Assembly: GCA_009103225.1 (NCBI GenBank)
Contig: RHPI01001010.1
Coordinates: forward strand, 153,240-217,239
Direction: 5' to 3'
Length of the DNA: 64,000 nucleotides
From: Chlorokybus atmophyticus
Lineage: Eukaryota > Plantae > Mesostigma and Chlorokybus algae
Part shown: positions 1 through 12,895 of the stretch, piece after piece
Layout of the letters: the number at the start of each line of letters is the position of its first letter
Numbering within the stretch: position 1 is the first letter of the stretch
The notes under the pieces: generated by a model
Database searches by the model: none
Told to the model about the DNA's origin: nothing
The model's input: only the letters and a program-made list of their open reading frames with translations
Translations under genes and position numbers: made by a program

Positions 1-95
1 GCATACGTGCCTGTTTGCACAACCACTTCACCCTTGCATACGCACTGTGCATGACAAGGTGATGAACATATGAACATCCAAGGGTGCAATCATAC

Positions 96-2105
96 CTGCG
101 ATGCTCCTCCGCAAACCGCTGCGTGCGAATCTGAGCTCTCAGAAGCCGACGCAGCTTAGAATCCGATCTGCAGCACAATACATGGCACGTGAGGCATTGC
201 CATTGGCATGCTTGAAATCAAGTTGCTTTGCGCGCACCTTGTGGCATCCTCACGAGCACTTGCGGCTTTGCCTTCCAGTTCAGCAATCCGCGCCAGGTAC
301 TGTTGCTCCAAGCGAGTTGAAGCTTGCGATTGTGCCTGTGTCAACAATTCAGATGTCACTGACGATGACGGAACCAGCAACCTCACCAACCGGCCTGCAG
401 CATGTGTAAAACCACACCTCTAGGGTGTCGATGCGCTTCTGCATTTCAATCGCCCTTGCAGTGGACTCAATCAGCTGGCCATGACACAGCCAAATGTCAG
501 TGTTACAACAACAATATCATACAGAGAGAGTTAGTGTACACAACCCACACACCTGCTTTTCCAGCTCGCGGTGTATCTGCAATGTGGTGGCTGCCGCAGC
601 AGGTGGCAGAGCACCACGAGGCTGTGCATCTAAAGCGGAGCGTTGCAGAGGGGACTGGTGCTCAGCTGGTCGGCTGGAAGGCGCATTAAGAGTTGAAATG
701 AGACAGACAGCAACTGTACAAAGGGTCTCAGAACCCAATAACCACAGTAACAACTGCGCCTGCCCTCCATATGCAATGGTCTCCCCCAGTACAGTCCTCA
801 GTGTGGAATGGAGAAAATACTCAGCAACTGAGTAGAGATAGCAACTCATAACAGCTGTTCAACATGATCTGGTTGCCCAAGACACAACCCTCCTGCTCTT
901 GGCGCACTGTTCTGCAATTCCATAGCTGGCAACACTCTGCATTGACTTGCCGCTGGCAGGTGTAAAGGCTGCACTAATGGCTTTGAGGAATAGGCAGGGC
1001 AAAGGGGTGTAGGTGGATGTGAGATGGCTAAGACAAGGAACAGAAGGCAACAGCTGCCGTATAAGTAAAATGTTGCAAAGATAAGATACTGCGCTCAAGT
1101 TAACGAGTGATGGCTCTGACTGCAGTAAGTCTGCCCGACAGCATAATGCACTGCCGACACATGCAATGGGGAGTCAGCAACAGGCTGCCCTTGCTAGGGA
1201 AGTTGCTCTGAGACCATAATAAGAAAAAGCAATAAGAGAAGCAGCCATACTCACCCTGGAGGTGATGCCGGTCTTGGAACCCTAAAACTGTTTGGCGAAG
1301 GCGAGCGACTCCTTGGTGTTGGCGAGCGGCTGCGACCTGCTTAAACCACCAATTGTCATTGCCAAGTGACAGCTGTGGTTGCTGATGTGTGCATGCAAAC
1401 ACGCATCTGCACGCCTGATGTGTGCATGCACGCAAGTACGTCTGCGCACATAAATGCACAAGCTCAGAGTAACACTAACAACCGTTAGGGGAGCGTGATC
1501 GCGAGCGCTTCAGGCCTCTTGGTGAAGGAGAGCGGCTAAGCGAGCGCCTGTCGCGTGGCGACCATCGGCGACCAACGTCGGGCGATCTGCGCCGGTCACT
1601 GGGCGACCGCGGGCGGTAAGACCTTGACCGCCCACCTGCAAGCCAACACTACATTCAAGCCACCCCCAACGCAAACTTACAAGCATATGATACCTCTGTC
1701 TAACTATGCTCGTTTCTTACCTTTCAAGTGTGGTGGCAAGCCGGTCCGGCGGAGCTCCGCTGCTCCATGCGCAAAGTTGCAAGCTGAACCTTTGTAGCAC
1801 TGCCCTTCTCTGCAAGAAAACCGTCATGTCAATGCATGCATGCAGCTATGAGACACACGCCTTGCTCTATGCAATCAGTGACAGTGTGCAATGCATAGGG
1901 CAGGCATGCAGGCAGCAACAGCTTACTGAAAATTGCGACACAGTTTAGTCTTGAAAAAGTCGTGCGCCTCCTCACCACCATTACCACCACCACCACCACC
2001 ACCACCACCGTTGCCGCCACCGTCGCCATTGCGCCCGCCGTAGCGGTCGCCGCCTCTGAAGCCCCCTCCTCCACCCCGAGGACCTCCTCCACCACGGTGA
2101 GCCAT
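96..2105 (-). CDS. CCCH zinc-finger, RS-rich, coiled-coil protein (plant C3H13-like); multi-exon, 3' end runs off the left edge
   Basis: Exon 1 (1927-2105) reads MAHRGGGG...FFKTKLCRNFQ. It splices (GTAAGC/TTGCAG) to exon 1721-1809, completing C-x7-C-x5-C-x3-H (CRNFQEGQCYKGSACNFAHG). RS/SP-rich exons follow at ~1484-1635 and ~1255-1336, then coiled-coil exons at ~96-390 (RIAELEGKA; SDSKLRRLLRAQ) resembling my recollection of plant C3H13. Exons between 400 and 1250 are not resolved. Confidence 0.8.
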
Positions 2106-2385
2106 TGCAGCAAAAGACGCACCTTACGCCTCGCCCCTTTCCTCCTTCCCTGCTAACTGTAACCCTGCGGCAACACACAGCGCCGCCCACCGCCTCCACC
2201 AACAACAACAACCTCGCCGCCACCGCTCGCAACGACTTCGCCTGGCAGATTTCTCCACTCGCGTCGCTTCACGAAACCCTAACTCCAGCCCATCGTATTC
2301 GACCGATCGGGACGCCAGCATGCACAAGCCAAGCTGGATTGACACCAATAGCTACATAAATATGCTTGCACTGCGACATGTTATT

Positions 2386-2416
<31 letters not shown>

Positions 2417-2510
2417 GCTTGGTGTACCTGCCATCGCCGTCCGTGTCGCTGTCTACTTCCAGGGTGTGTCTGGCAGCTGGTAGTCGTTTGTTTCGTGCAC
2501 ATTCACTGCC

Positions 2511-5500
2511 ATGCCGCTGGGGAAGCGGGGCGGCGACGGCGACTCCCGCTATGCCGGAGTCGTCGTCGCGGAAGGAGGCGGCGTCAATGCGGCTGAGGCG
2601 CTGCGGGCTGCTTCAGCGGGCGGTTTTGATTACATTGTCCTGCCGCTGGTAATGTCTGGGTATGCTTTCTAGCAGCTTAGTTGCTGCTCAATCTAGCGTT
2701 CCTCAGTGCTTTGGCTGGTCTGAATGCTTCTGAGTGCTTGGCCATGCAATGCAAGTTGCGTACCAACATGAGGGTGCACGCAGGCACACCAAAAGCGAGA
2801 TGAAGCCACTCCCGTCTTAGTGGGCAGCGATCTGCTGCTTAACTCCACGCAATGGACTAGCCGTGTCGTAGGCAAGTCCATGCTGACCGTCCATGCCTTC
2901 CTTTCATGCTTCTCATTGCCAATGCTGCGGATTTTTTTACATGTCTCGCGCTGGCCCCTGAAGGTGTACTGATTAGTCGCTTGCCCAGGCAGAGCCAGCA
3001 CATGGATAGACTTGGACTCACCAGACCAGGTTGTGCAAAGGGACAGTGAAGCAGCACTTCGACAGGAGCTCAGTTGGGCTACGTACTTGTCGTTACAGGT
3101 CCGTGGGTTAGATACTGCACCTGTAGTTGTTTCTGGGTTTGCACCCTTAACCAATGTGGGTAACTTTGTCTCACAGGCATGCCTGCTGCCAACCCCGCGT
3201 GCCCTGAACTGTGCGAACTATGCACGCTGTGTCAACCAGTTGATGGCCACTGTGCACAACATGCAGGTATAGTGTAATGCAGATTGTTTGGTTTTTGCTC
3301 TGCCAAAGCTGATACATCAATTTCTTCATTGCCCGCGTGCACTGAGTGTCGTGTCACAAAGTTAACTGCTGCATTGCAGCTCTGGTTGCAAATACCACTA
3401 GTGGATGATGCGATGCTTGCAGCGGAAGACAGTGGCAAGGAGGATGAACTTTTCCTGGTAAGTTTGGCTTCCTGCATGGATCATACATCAGTGGTTGCCT
3501 TTGCTGCTTGTGATCTCATTGCCATGAGCGTTGTCCTTGCCAGATGGCAGGTCGCTAAAAGTTGCTGTGACCTACGCTGTAGGAGCGCGAAGCTGTGAGT
3601 AGAAGACCCCTGCACGATACCTGGGAATGGTGGAACATGTTTCGCAGTTTGTGCGAGCACAACTCTCTGCTGTCACCACTACTCTTCATCACGTAAGGGC
3701 ATGCATAAATCCCGTATTGGCTCCAACAGCTGTTGCGTGAAGGTGTGGTACATCAATAAATCAGCTATTTGATGCATGTAATGCAGACCATCCCTTCCGT
3801 CACAAGCGTCATTACAAAGGTGGATAGGCGAATCCGTCAAGGCTGCAATTCTTCCAACCACTGTAAGAGGTCACCATGTGTGTTGCTATATAGACTCCTG
3901 CGTGATATTGGCTTATCTGAAGGCGTGTAGGTGTTTCTGACAAACAAAAGAGGTTTCCCAACGCTGTCAAGGCGACATCAAGACCTGGTGAATACCCTTT
4001 TCGAGCACAATGTGCAGATTATCATTCAGGGTGAACCACTGCACGCACCCCCGGATGACAGTTCGTCAGCAGGTGATGGTGCAGTCCCCCCTGCCCTACT
4101 GTTGTGTGTGTCTGTCTCGTCTTGTATTTTCTCCATGCCAAAGCGCCTTACATCGCAGGCACCAGTGACGCTCACCAGAATGGCAGCGACTTGTTTAGAC
4201 ATCCCTTGCGCTTCTATCTGGATTATGTATCGTACTTGTATAGGAAGCAACCGCCGATGACCGAGCAGGAAAAGTTTGAGGTGAGCCAGGCTTGTACCCA
4301 TGTGGAACAGTACTCTGCAGCCATGGAGGGGTGTTGTCAATGTTCCTCCTTGTAACAGTGATGACTACCTACAGGTGACTTACAGAGACTACCTGCAAGC
4401 GCCACTACAGCCGCTGATGGACAACCTAGAGTTTCAAACCTATGAAACCTTTGAAAAAGACGCGACCAAGTATTCGCAATACCGCAGTGCCGTGCGTGCC
4501 TGTTTACTGGATCGCGTGACTGAGGAGGAAGCCAGCAGCAGGACGAGCGTCATCATGGTGGTCGGGGCCGGTCGAGGGCCGCTGGTTCGTGCATCCCTTC
4601 AGGTGCGCTTGATTTTGCTGACATGAGGCCTCCTACCCCTTGGTTTGGCATGGCTTCTCTCTCTGCGGTGATGAGACAGGTCATGATGCGGTTATACGAG
4701 GCCACTGGCCATGAGCAGACCTATGACTCTGAGCGTAGAAAACGACATACCTGTGCATATTCCTCGGCACATTAATTGTCATGCATGTGGACATGCCCCA
4801 TCGGACATTCTTTGTGACAGGCAGCAGAGGAAGCAGGCCGGAAAGTGAAAGTGTACGCAGTAGAAAAGAACCCCAATGCGGTCATCACGATACATGGTTT
4901 GATAGCTGCTGAAGGCTGGCAGGAACTTGTGACAGTTGTGGGATGCGATATGCGCGCCTGGAACCCTCCTGAGCTGGCTGACATACTGGTGAGTCTTAAA
5001 CTGCGGATTGCTGGTATCCTCTGGGTTAGCAGTTGACTCTTGTTCCTCCTTTACGCATAGTTTGGAGTTGACTTTGCGGTAGCAAGTCTTGCACACTTGC
5101 ACACTTGCACACTTTTAACTGATTGTGCTGCCGAGCTCTCATGAGGCAGACACATGACCTGTGTGCTACATCGTGAAGCACTGACCTGGTTACTTGCAAG
5201 CTGCACATTTGCAAGCGCTGTTACTGTGCATACATCCTACCTGGCTTGCCAGGCACACGTGAAGCATTCTTCATTCGTGCTGAAGCCTTGCAACCATCAT
5301 TGCAGGTCAGTGAGTTGCTCGGCTCCTTTGGCGATAATGAGCTATCACCAGAATGTCTGGATGGTGCTCAAAGATTGTTGAAAGAAGATGGCGTGAGTAT
5401 ACCAAGCTCATACACGAGCTTTCTGGCTCCCATCACCGCGGCCAAGCTTTACAACGATGTCAAGGCGTACAATGACTTGGCTCATTTTGAAACCGCCTAT

Positions 5501-6123
5501 GTGGTGAAGCTACACAACTGCGACATTCTTTCTGATCCTCAACCAGTAAGCAGCTACACTTACTCTTCCTCGCTCAACTGGAATCGCATACAACTCATCT
5601 GCTGTCCCAACTTTCTTAACCTGGAGAAGGAGCATGGCATCTTCCACAAGCATTCTTTGAACATCAGGACCTCTGCAGGTGTTCACATTTGAGCACCCAA
5701 ATCGGGCAAAGGTTATTGACAACACCCGGTACAAGAAGTTGACCTTCAGCATACAACCGGACGTGGGCTCGGCAACATTACATGGCTTCAGCGGCTACTT
5801 CGATGCTGTTCTTTACAAGGACATTCATTTAGGCATTGAGCCTTCCACGCACACCCCCGACATGTTCAGCTGGTTTGCGATCTATTTTCCAATGCGCATT
5901 CCTGTTTACATTCCAGCTGGCCGCCAGGTGGAGGTGCATTTCTGGCGCTGTGTGAGCAGCAGCAAGGTACAAATTGCGGCACCACCTCCTGTTACCATAC
6001 TCTCAGTATATGCTCTAATGGTTGTTCTCCTGTGGGTAGGTTTGGTATGAGTGGAGTCTCACAGCACCAGAAGTTTCGCCAATCCACAACCCTAGCGGCC
6101 GCTCGTACTTTGTTGGGCTGTAA
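2511..6123 (+). CDS. PRMT5: Protein arginine N-methyltransferase 5 (type II PRMT, SKB1), multi-exon
   Basis: Plant-type N-terminus MPLGKRGG...[10 protein letters not shown]. Internal motifs [89 protein letters not shown]-terminus [27 protein letters not shown] with TAA at 6121-6123. Confidence 0.96.
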
Positions 6124-7323
6124 CACAAGTGGTTTGCCTTGTGTGCATAATACATGTGCGACGCAACCATGTCTGGTACACATTGCGCCGTATGTGACAT
6201 ATTGCAAAAGCAACCCCTGCTCGCAACTCCTAACAAGCCTTTCCAAACATTCAGTGGCAAATAGGCCTAGCATTAGTGTCTCGTCGCTTGTTACGCGTCG
6301 GTTCCCCACCTCTCCCCATTACATGAAAGCCCATGCAAATGCCGCTGACTCTAACTAACGTGCTCAGAATGTAGTGGTGCGTGTGCAGGGGCCTAGACCA
6401 CAGCACCACTCCCATCTAGGTATTTACGTTATGATGAATTGTATGCTTGCGGTAAAAACGTTGAGAGTGATTGTCATACCCTATGCCAGCAAATTGCTTG
6501 GCAACCAACTCGTTATGCTGGCGTTTGCTACTACTCAATATTGACATGCGCTGTCGTGGATATTATTGACAATGCATGAACCACACCCTACTTGCTAATG
6601 TCCCTGTGCTGGACGCAGCTGCAGCGCACAAACGTTTGTCATACAAAAGCATAACAATTTAGACTCGACACGCCGCAGCAAGCGATTGCCCTTTTCGGCA
6701 ACTGGTTCACTACGGACGTTGCTTGACAGCGAGCAATTGCCCTTTTTAGCAAATGGTTTGCTACGGACGCTGCTTGACAAGCAGAACGCTCTTGTGGACG
6801 TCGCCTTGCACTGCCCAGTGTACAGGGCATACGAGATGCCGATAAGAGCACGCAACCAAAAGAATCCAACTGCATATAGCAAACAACACGCATTAAAATG
6901 TTGCATGCAAGACCACCGAGCTTACTGTTGCCTCTACTATACTCCCACTCTTACCGCCCCCCTTGTTGGTGATGCATGCATGCATCCATGGCAATCCTAG
7001 TTACCTGCATCGCGATTGTACAACATATGTGCTTATGTGCCGTGCTTCAAGAGGCCTAGGCGCGGACTGCTATCCATCATTAAGTACAATGAACACTAAC
7101 TTGCTTTATTTTAATGGCAACGTTCATGTGACAATTGCAGTATAATATGCTACTAGTTGGTGGTGGTGTTGTATGTGGTGCTGCTTGTTGCTAGCGATGT
7201 TGTACACCGCTAGCACCACTCAGAGCATACACACGTGTAGTGGTTATTGCAGTGGTTATTGCATATGCAGAGAATGCGAAAGTCATGATAATGCACTTTT
7301 TCGTTATTACATGTGCCCCTCCC

Positions 7324-7503
7324 TCCATAGCTGGCAACACTCTGCATTGACTTGCCGCTGGCAGGTGTAAAGGCTGCACTAATGGCTTTGAGGAATAGGC
7401 AGGGCAAAGGGGTGTAGGTGGATGTGAGATGGCTAAGACAAGGAACAGAAGGCAACAGCTGCCGTATAAGTAAAATGTTGCAAAGATAAGATACTGCGCT
7501 CAA
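7324..7503. repeat. Exact 180-bp duplicate of 919-1098
   Basis: Identical sequence ending at a single N (7504). Confidence 0.85.
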
Positions 7504-8184
7504 NGTTGCAACATATATGTAATGTTGTGTATTGATTTGTTGATTGGTGTGTTCAACCAATGCTATGATTGTCGCCGTTTGTATGTACTGTTGCATATTG
7601 TGCAGACCGTACATGCATGCTTGGATAATGCCTAATCTTTAAATGATGATGTTCAATGCATCGTTGTTATGTATAAAACACAAGTACAATTCGAAATCTC
7701 GTACATATAATTGATTGAGTACATTATTGCATCTACAACGAAGTTAGCACTTGCATGTATTGCATTTAGGGGTAGCGTACATGCTAATGAGGCCATATAT
7801 ACGACACCCGGAAACAATTGGCAACCGGATAAAGCAATCGATAACTGAAGGTGCGTTACATGGCATATTGCATGTCATCATACAGTACGGCTTACCTCGG
7901 TCTGCACGTACGCTGGTCTGTGTAAGGCCCTCCTTCTAGAATGCAGCTGAAAGGGGCTTTTCCAGTGCAAACATTTCCAGTTTCCACACATCGAGCATTC
8001 ATGATTGGTGGGCGCGGCTCCTGCTGACGTCTGCGCCAACAGGGCAGCAGCATACGTGGCACGCTGTCGTAGCAGCACCTCGCTTCCTTTATCCTTCTGA
8101 TTATTCTAGCAGCACTACTTGCATGCTCTCATCCGGTGCTTACCTGTTACAGAGCTGAGCCGGAGTCGGCTATTGTGGTTCAGC

Positions 8185-10572
8185 ATGGCGACGGCGGCAG
8201 CGGCGGCGGTGGCGGCGAGCAGCATGGCGGTGGCGGTGCGGAGCCCCGTGTTGCCGAGGGGGCTCTCATGCCGCTTGGAGGGCCTGCCCCGCACCGCCCT
8301 GCACAGTTGTAGGCGGATGCCAGCGGCCGCTGGGTTGTCCAGCATGGGATCCTCCTTCCAGGGATCAGCGGCGCTGGGGCGGCGGCGGCTGGGAGAGCAC
8401 AGGAAGCCTGCGCTGAGGGTTTGTGCCACCTATGTTAGCGACGGAGCTCCGGCGGAGTCCAAGGACATCGCCGATGGTGTGCTTCAGGCGGTGGTGAGCG
8501 ATCAGGCCCAGGCTGCCCTGTCCACCAGCCCTAGCTCCAGCCTTGGGCCGTTGGCGTGGCTGGCGGAGAAGGCGGTGGCGGTGCTGGGACATATCAGACA
8601 GAGCGTCTCCCTCAAAGCCGTGCTGGCCCTCGCGGTTGCCGCCACCATCGCGCTCAACACCCCAAGCAGCGCTCTGGCAGCCAGGTTAGCACACAGTTGC
8701 TGGTTGAAACGCATACAGTGCACTCACCGCACAATTGTGACTCGAAACACTTTCACCTTGTCACATCAGCACCATTTATAAATATGTGAAGGGTTTATTA
8801 ACAGGAGACAAAATCTGTGACGTGTTGTGTTGTGTGCTGCTTTGTCCCCACTTCACACAAAAGTTGTAGAGCTTTATACATTATGTCACAGATATTTGCC
8901 ATGGTATTCAGTCGCTGAGTGGTTGTTGCTAACCGTGCAGTGGCGGACGCATGGGCGGAAGAAGCTTTGGGTCCTCGTCATCCCGTTCCTCCTCATCCTC
9001 AAGGAGTTACTCATCGTCCCGCGGCTCCTCCTCCTTTGGCTCCTCCTTCTCATCACGTGGCGGCTCCTACTCCTCTTCTCCCAGCCTCGGTGGGGGCTCC
9101 TACTCCCCCGGGTACTCGTCATCAATCAGTCCCTTTGGCTTTGGCTGGGGCACACGATCGTACGCTCCGTCTGCTACGGCCTCTGTAGTCGTGCCCGTTT
9201 ATGCAGGGTAAGACTCAACACTGCACATATATACACATGCGCGCACACACAGGCAGCTACACCCACAAGTGCATGCATAGGCAAAGGTGTGTGTACATGC
9301 ACAAGCACATATGGGTATGCACACATGCACACGCGCATGCATAGTTTCCGGCTTGCCTAGGCGTACGCACATGCACCCCCCCACACACACGCACCCCCTT
9401 CACACGCACGCATGCTCGCACTCACCATTTATTGTCCATTGTTTGCAGGGCGACCCACTCAGCGTTTGATGGCATTTTGAGCACTGCGTTCTGGGTGCTG
9501 ATCGTCGGCTTCATTGGCTATGTCGCGTACTCCGCCTTTGCTGGCACCACTGAGGACACTGAGGACTCTGGGTATGGCTACCAGACCTCATCAGTGATGC
9601 GCCTCCAGGTACATTTGTCGTTAGTGTGGCGAGTGTGGTGCATGATGCAACACAGTGGCTGTTATACTACAGTATAGTCTGATGTACATCACAGTGAGTG
9701 GTGTCATAACAGCTTACAGATGTTGTAATATCAACTACTGCGTGGAACACAGTAGTTGTTATTGCAACCATATTGACACCCAAGTGGTTGCTGTGTGTAA
9801 GTGCGGTCATGACAACAACAACCTCAACACTAGGCATGTTTGGTTTTACAGCAGTACTAGTGTGGCTGTTGTGTCGCCAGGATTACGTTGCAACATGTAT
9901 CATCGTCATGTCTCTAAGTTCACATACAACTGTAACATGTGTATCGTTGCAATATTTGGTGTCAGTGTGCATGATAGTGTGACAGTTATTGTGAAGCCTT
10001 GATCTCACTTGTTGTCATGAACTGTGCAGGTGGGTCTGTTGGGTATGGCTCGTACGCTGCAGCGGGACCTGGAGAAGATTGCGGACAAGGCCGATACGTC
10101 CACGCCGGAGGGTCTGCACTACGTGTTGACTGAGACGGTTTTGGCCCTGCTGCGCAACCCCGAATACAGCGTGTACGGCTTCTCCTCGTCGCAGCGCCTC
10201 AACGACGTGGACGCCCTCGAGCGCTCATTCAACGAGCTCTCCCTCGAGGAGCGCCGCAAGTTCAAGGAAGAGACCCTTGTGAATGTGGATTCGCGCCGCC
10301 AACGCCGCACACCCACATTCTCATCCTCCTCTTCAAGTGGTGCCGGATCCAACGAGTACATCATTGTCACGCTCCTCGTCGCTGCCGATGGCAAGTACAA
10401 GATACCTGAAATCAACTCATACACGGATCTACGTTCCGCCTTGCAAATGCTGGGGTCTGTCCCGGCTGATAGCCTCCAGGCTGTGGAGGTGTTGTGGACT
10501 CCACAAGATGAGAATGATGCGCTTTCGGCCGATGAGGTGCTGCACGACTACCCGATGCTCAGAACCTTGTAA
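8185..10572 (+). CDS. FLAP1: DUF1517 chloroplast protein (FLAP1-like), about 4 exons
   Basis: Ala/Ser/Arg-rich transit-peptide-like N-terminus. Exon 2 from 8941 gives SGGRMGGRSFG and a Ser/Gly-rich tract. A hydrophobic segment lies in exon ~9449-9608. The last exon VGLLGMARTLQRDLEKIADKADTSTPEGLHYVLTETVLALLRNPEY...AVEVLWTPQDENDALS...DYPMLRTL* is typical DUF1517. Confidence 0.88.
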
Positions 10573-11424
10573 GTAGGAGTCAAGTAGGTTTTGCTGAGGT
10601 TACATTGCCCCGGCTTTGTTTTGTGTATTCTGTTATTATGGCTGTACCCGCCTAGTGTACAACGTATTACTCTAAACCCTTGCACCCGCCTAAAGCATTG
10701 ACTGGCTTTTCACATCCATTGTGCCTTGGTGTGCTGCATGAAAGCTTGCGTAGTGTAGTGATTAGATCGCTGTTGGCTGCTTGCCAACTCACAATGCTCT
10801 GGTGGCAACATGTTGTTGTGTGGCGCACAGTGTTGTTTTTTCTTCTAATGAAATTGGTAAATGTCTGTCTACACGACCAAGATGCAGGGCTCTGTGTGTA
10901 CAGAGAACGTAAGATGTATGTGCTGTGTTTTGGTGTGATTATATGGCATGGGCTTTGTAGAAACTTGACACACATCCTGTCACACGAAGTAACAACAACG
11001 TCAAACCACTCATCATTATAAATTCTCCCTAAACTTATCCAGCAGCAAAGCAAGGTGAACTTGTGCATTGCACTGAACTGCAAACAACTGTTGGTTACCA
11101 ATGCCATGGTAGCTACCTGATGCTCGTGAAGAGGGGTTGATGCACAACGCGTGCATACTGCCATGTGGACGGCATGAACAGTACGTGAGTGCAATATGGG
11201 ATTGCAACGACAGCATTCAACTGCACTGTTGTGCCACACCATGACCGTGCACGCAGTGTTGTTGCAATCGCATGAAAATTAGGCAGGTTTAAGGTGTTGT
11301 TGCTTTTCACCAACACAAGCAATGACTTCCTACCATCTGCACCACGATACAAGACAAGGCCAGTACGAGCAACTCGCATGTTGCACAATCAAAATGAGCA
11401 AGTCCACACGCTAAACACACTCAC

Positions 11425-12308
11425 TCACACATTGAAGACGAAAGGCAGCTCGACAAAGTCCACATCGCCCTCCTCCTGGTCGCTCGGCATCGCCAAGTAT
11501 GCAATGCCAACATCCCGCTTGCCTGGCATGTGCTGCGCCCATCTCTCCAGCTTCAACGCCGTCACGCTCGCCGCCCACGCGCGCAAACTCCCCGAAAACA
11601 CCTGCTTGTTGGGCCCTCCTCCTCCTCCTCCTCCTCCTCCTCCCGCAGGTGTCATGCCATTGGCAGCCACCACTAAGGAGGGCACATGTTGGCCCTGCCT
11701 CGTCACGGCGTCTCTGAGCCTGTCCTTCAGGTCATCCACGGATACGCCCTCGGGATGGTGGTCAAATAAACCAGCCTCGTCGTAGAGGAGGACCAGGCCG
11801 GGGTCGTCAGCGCCGCTCGCATGCAAGGCTTGTTTGAGGGCGGCGAGCTGGTCTCCAACCAGAGGAGGCTGCATGGCTTCGTAGATGATTCCTGCGTCAA
11901 CAGCACCTGTGTGCATGCATCAATGCATATGCGTGCGTGTGTGCATGTGCATGTCTGTATGTAATTGCTTCCCTGAGACAAGACACATGCAGTATCACGT
12001 CTCCGTGCATGTAAGCCTGATCTAGCATTGTCAATAGCGGCTTTTCTGCTCCGATGATAAAGAACGTCATTGGCTCGCATGCATGCAGATGGGTTGGAGT
12101 ACAACACACATAGCAGCTTGCTGAAGACTGCATCGCATGTGGTTACAACCCTAAGTCATAAGTCGAGCTGCATGCAGCTTAATAAAGGTAGGGTGGCTCA
12201 AGTGAGCCACATGCATGCAGCACTGTGGCTACCTTAATCTTCTGCGCCTGACATTACACACAGACACGTACCTTGTTGATGCATGCCACCTGTCATGGTG
12301 CTGTCCAT
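11425..12308 (-). CDS. Uncharacterised protein, about 172 aa, two exons; 5' end may extend further
   Basis: Exon 12272-12308 (MDSTMTGGMHQQ+G, donor GTACGT) joins in phase 1 to exon 11425-11906 (acceptor ACAG), giving an open, GC-rich frame ending VELPFVFNV*. No family recognised. Confidence 0.6.
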
Positions 12309-12895
12309 CGTGGATGTTTGTGGTCGTGGCCGCAAGGGCGTCTCTTCACCCTCTAATTTTTACACCTCTCCTCCCCTCACTGCCCAGCACACAGCGACCG
12401 CCAGCCAAGCCTTGGCCTTGCTCTCAGGGTTGCGTGCATGCATGACAAGCCTCTCAACCACTCTCTAGACCATTGGTAATTCAACCAATAACCAGTTGAT
12501 CAATTGATGAATGGTTCAGGCATCCAATCAATCAATCATTCAAGTAGTCAGCGCACTAGCCACGTAGTTTCCGTTTCCACTGAGATACGAGAGCACACAC
12601 TGAACAAGGACCTATCTGGCCCCTTTGCTGTGGTGGGACTTTACACACGTCACCAGAAACGGAGCGTGCTACAGCAGCCAGACATATGCATTGCCATGTT
12701 AGGGATGCTGGTGGGGGTGTTTGTTTTAAGTCCAAACTCTGTACAGCAATTGCGGTGATTATACACAAGGACTGGACTTGGGCTGGTGTCTTGTGTGCGC
12801 TGTGTGTATGGGAATACCAACAGCAACGCTGAGCAACTACGTCTGTGATTGCAGCAACACATGCGTGACAAACAAAAACACAACCAAGTGTCCTT

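Noticed and set aside
6660-6790. Two imperfect ~48-bp tandem copies and a 104-aa ORF downstream of PRMT5
   Set aside because: Short local duplication; the ORF has no recognisable motifs or splice support.
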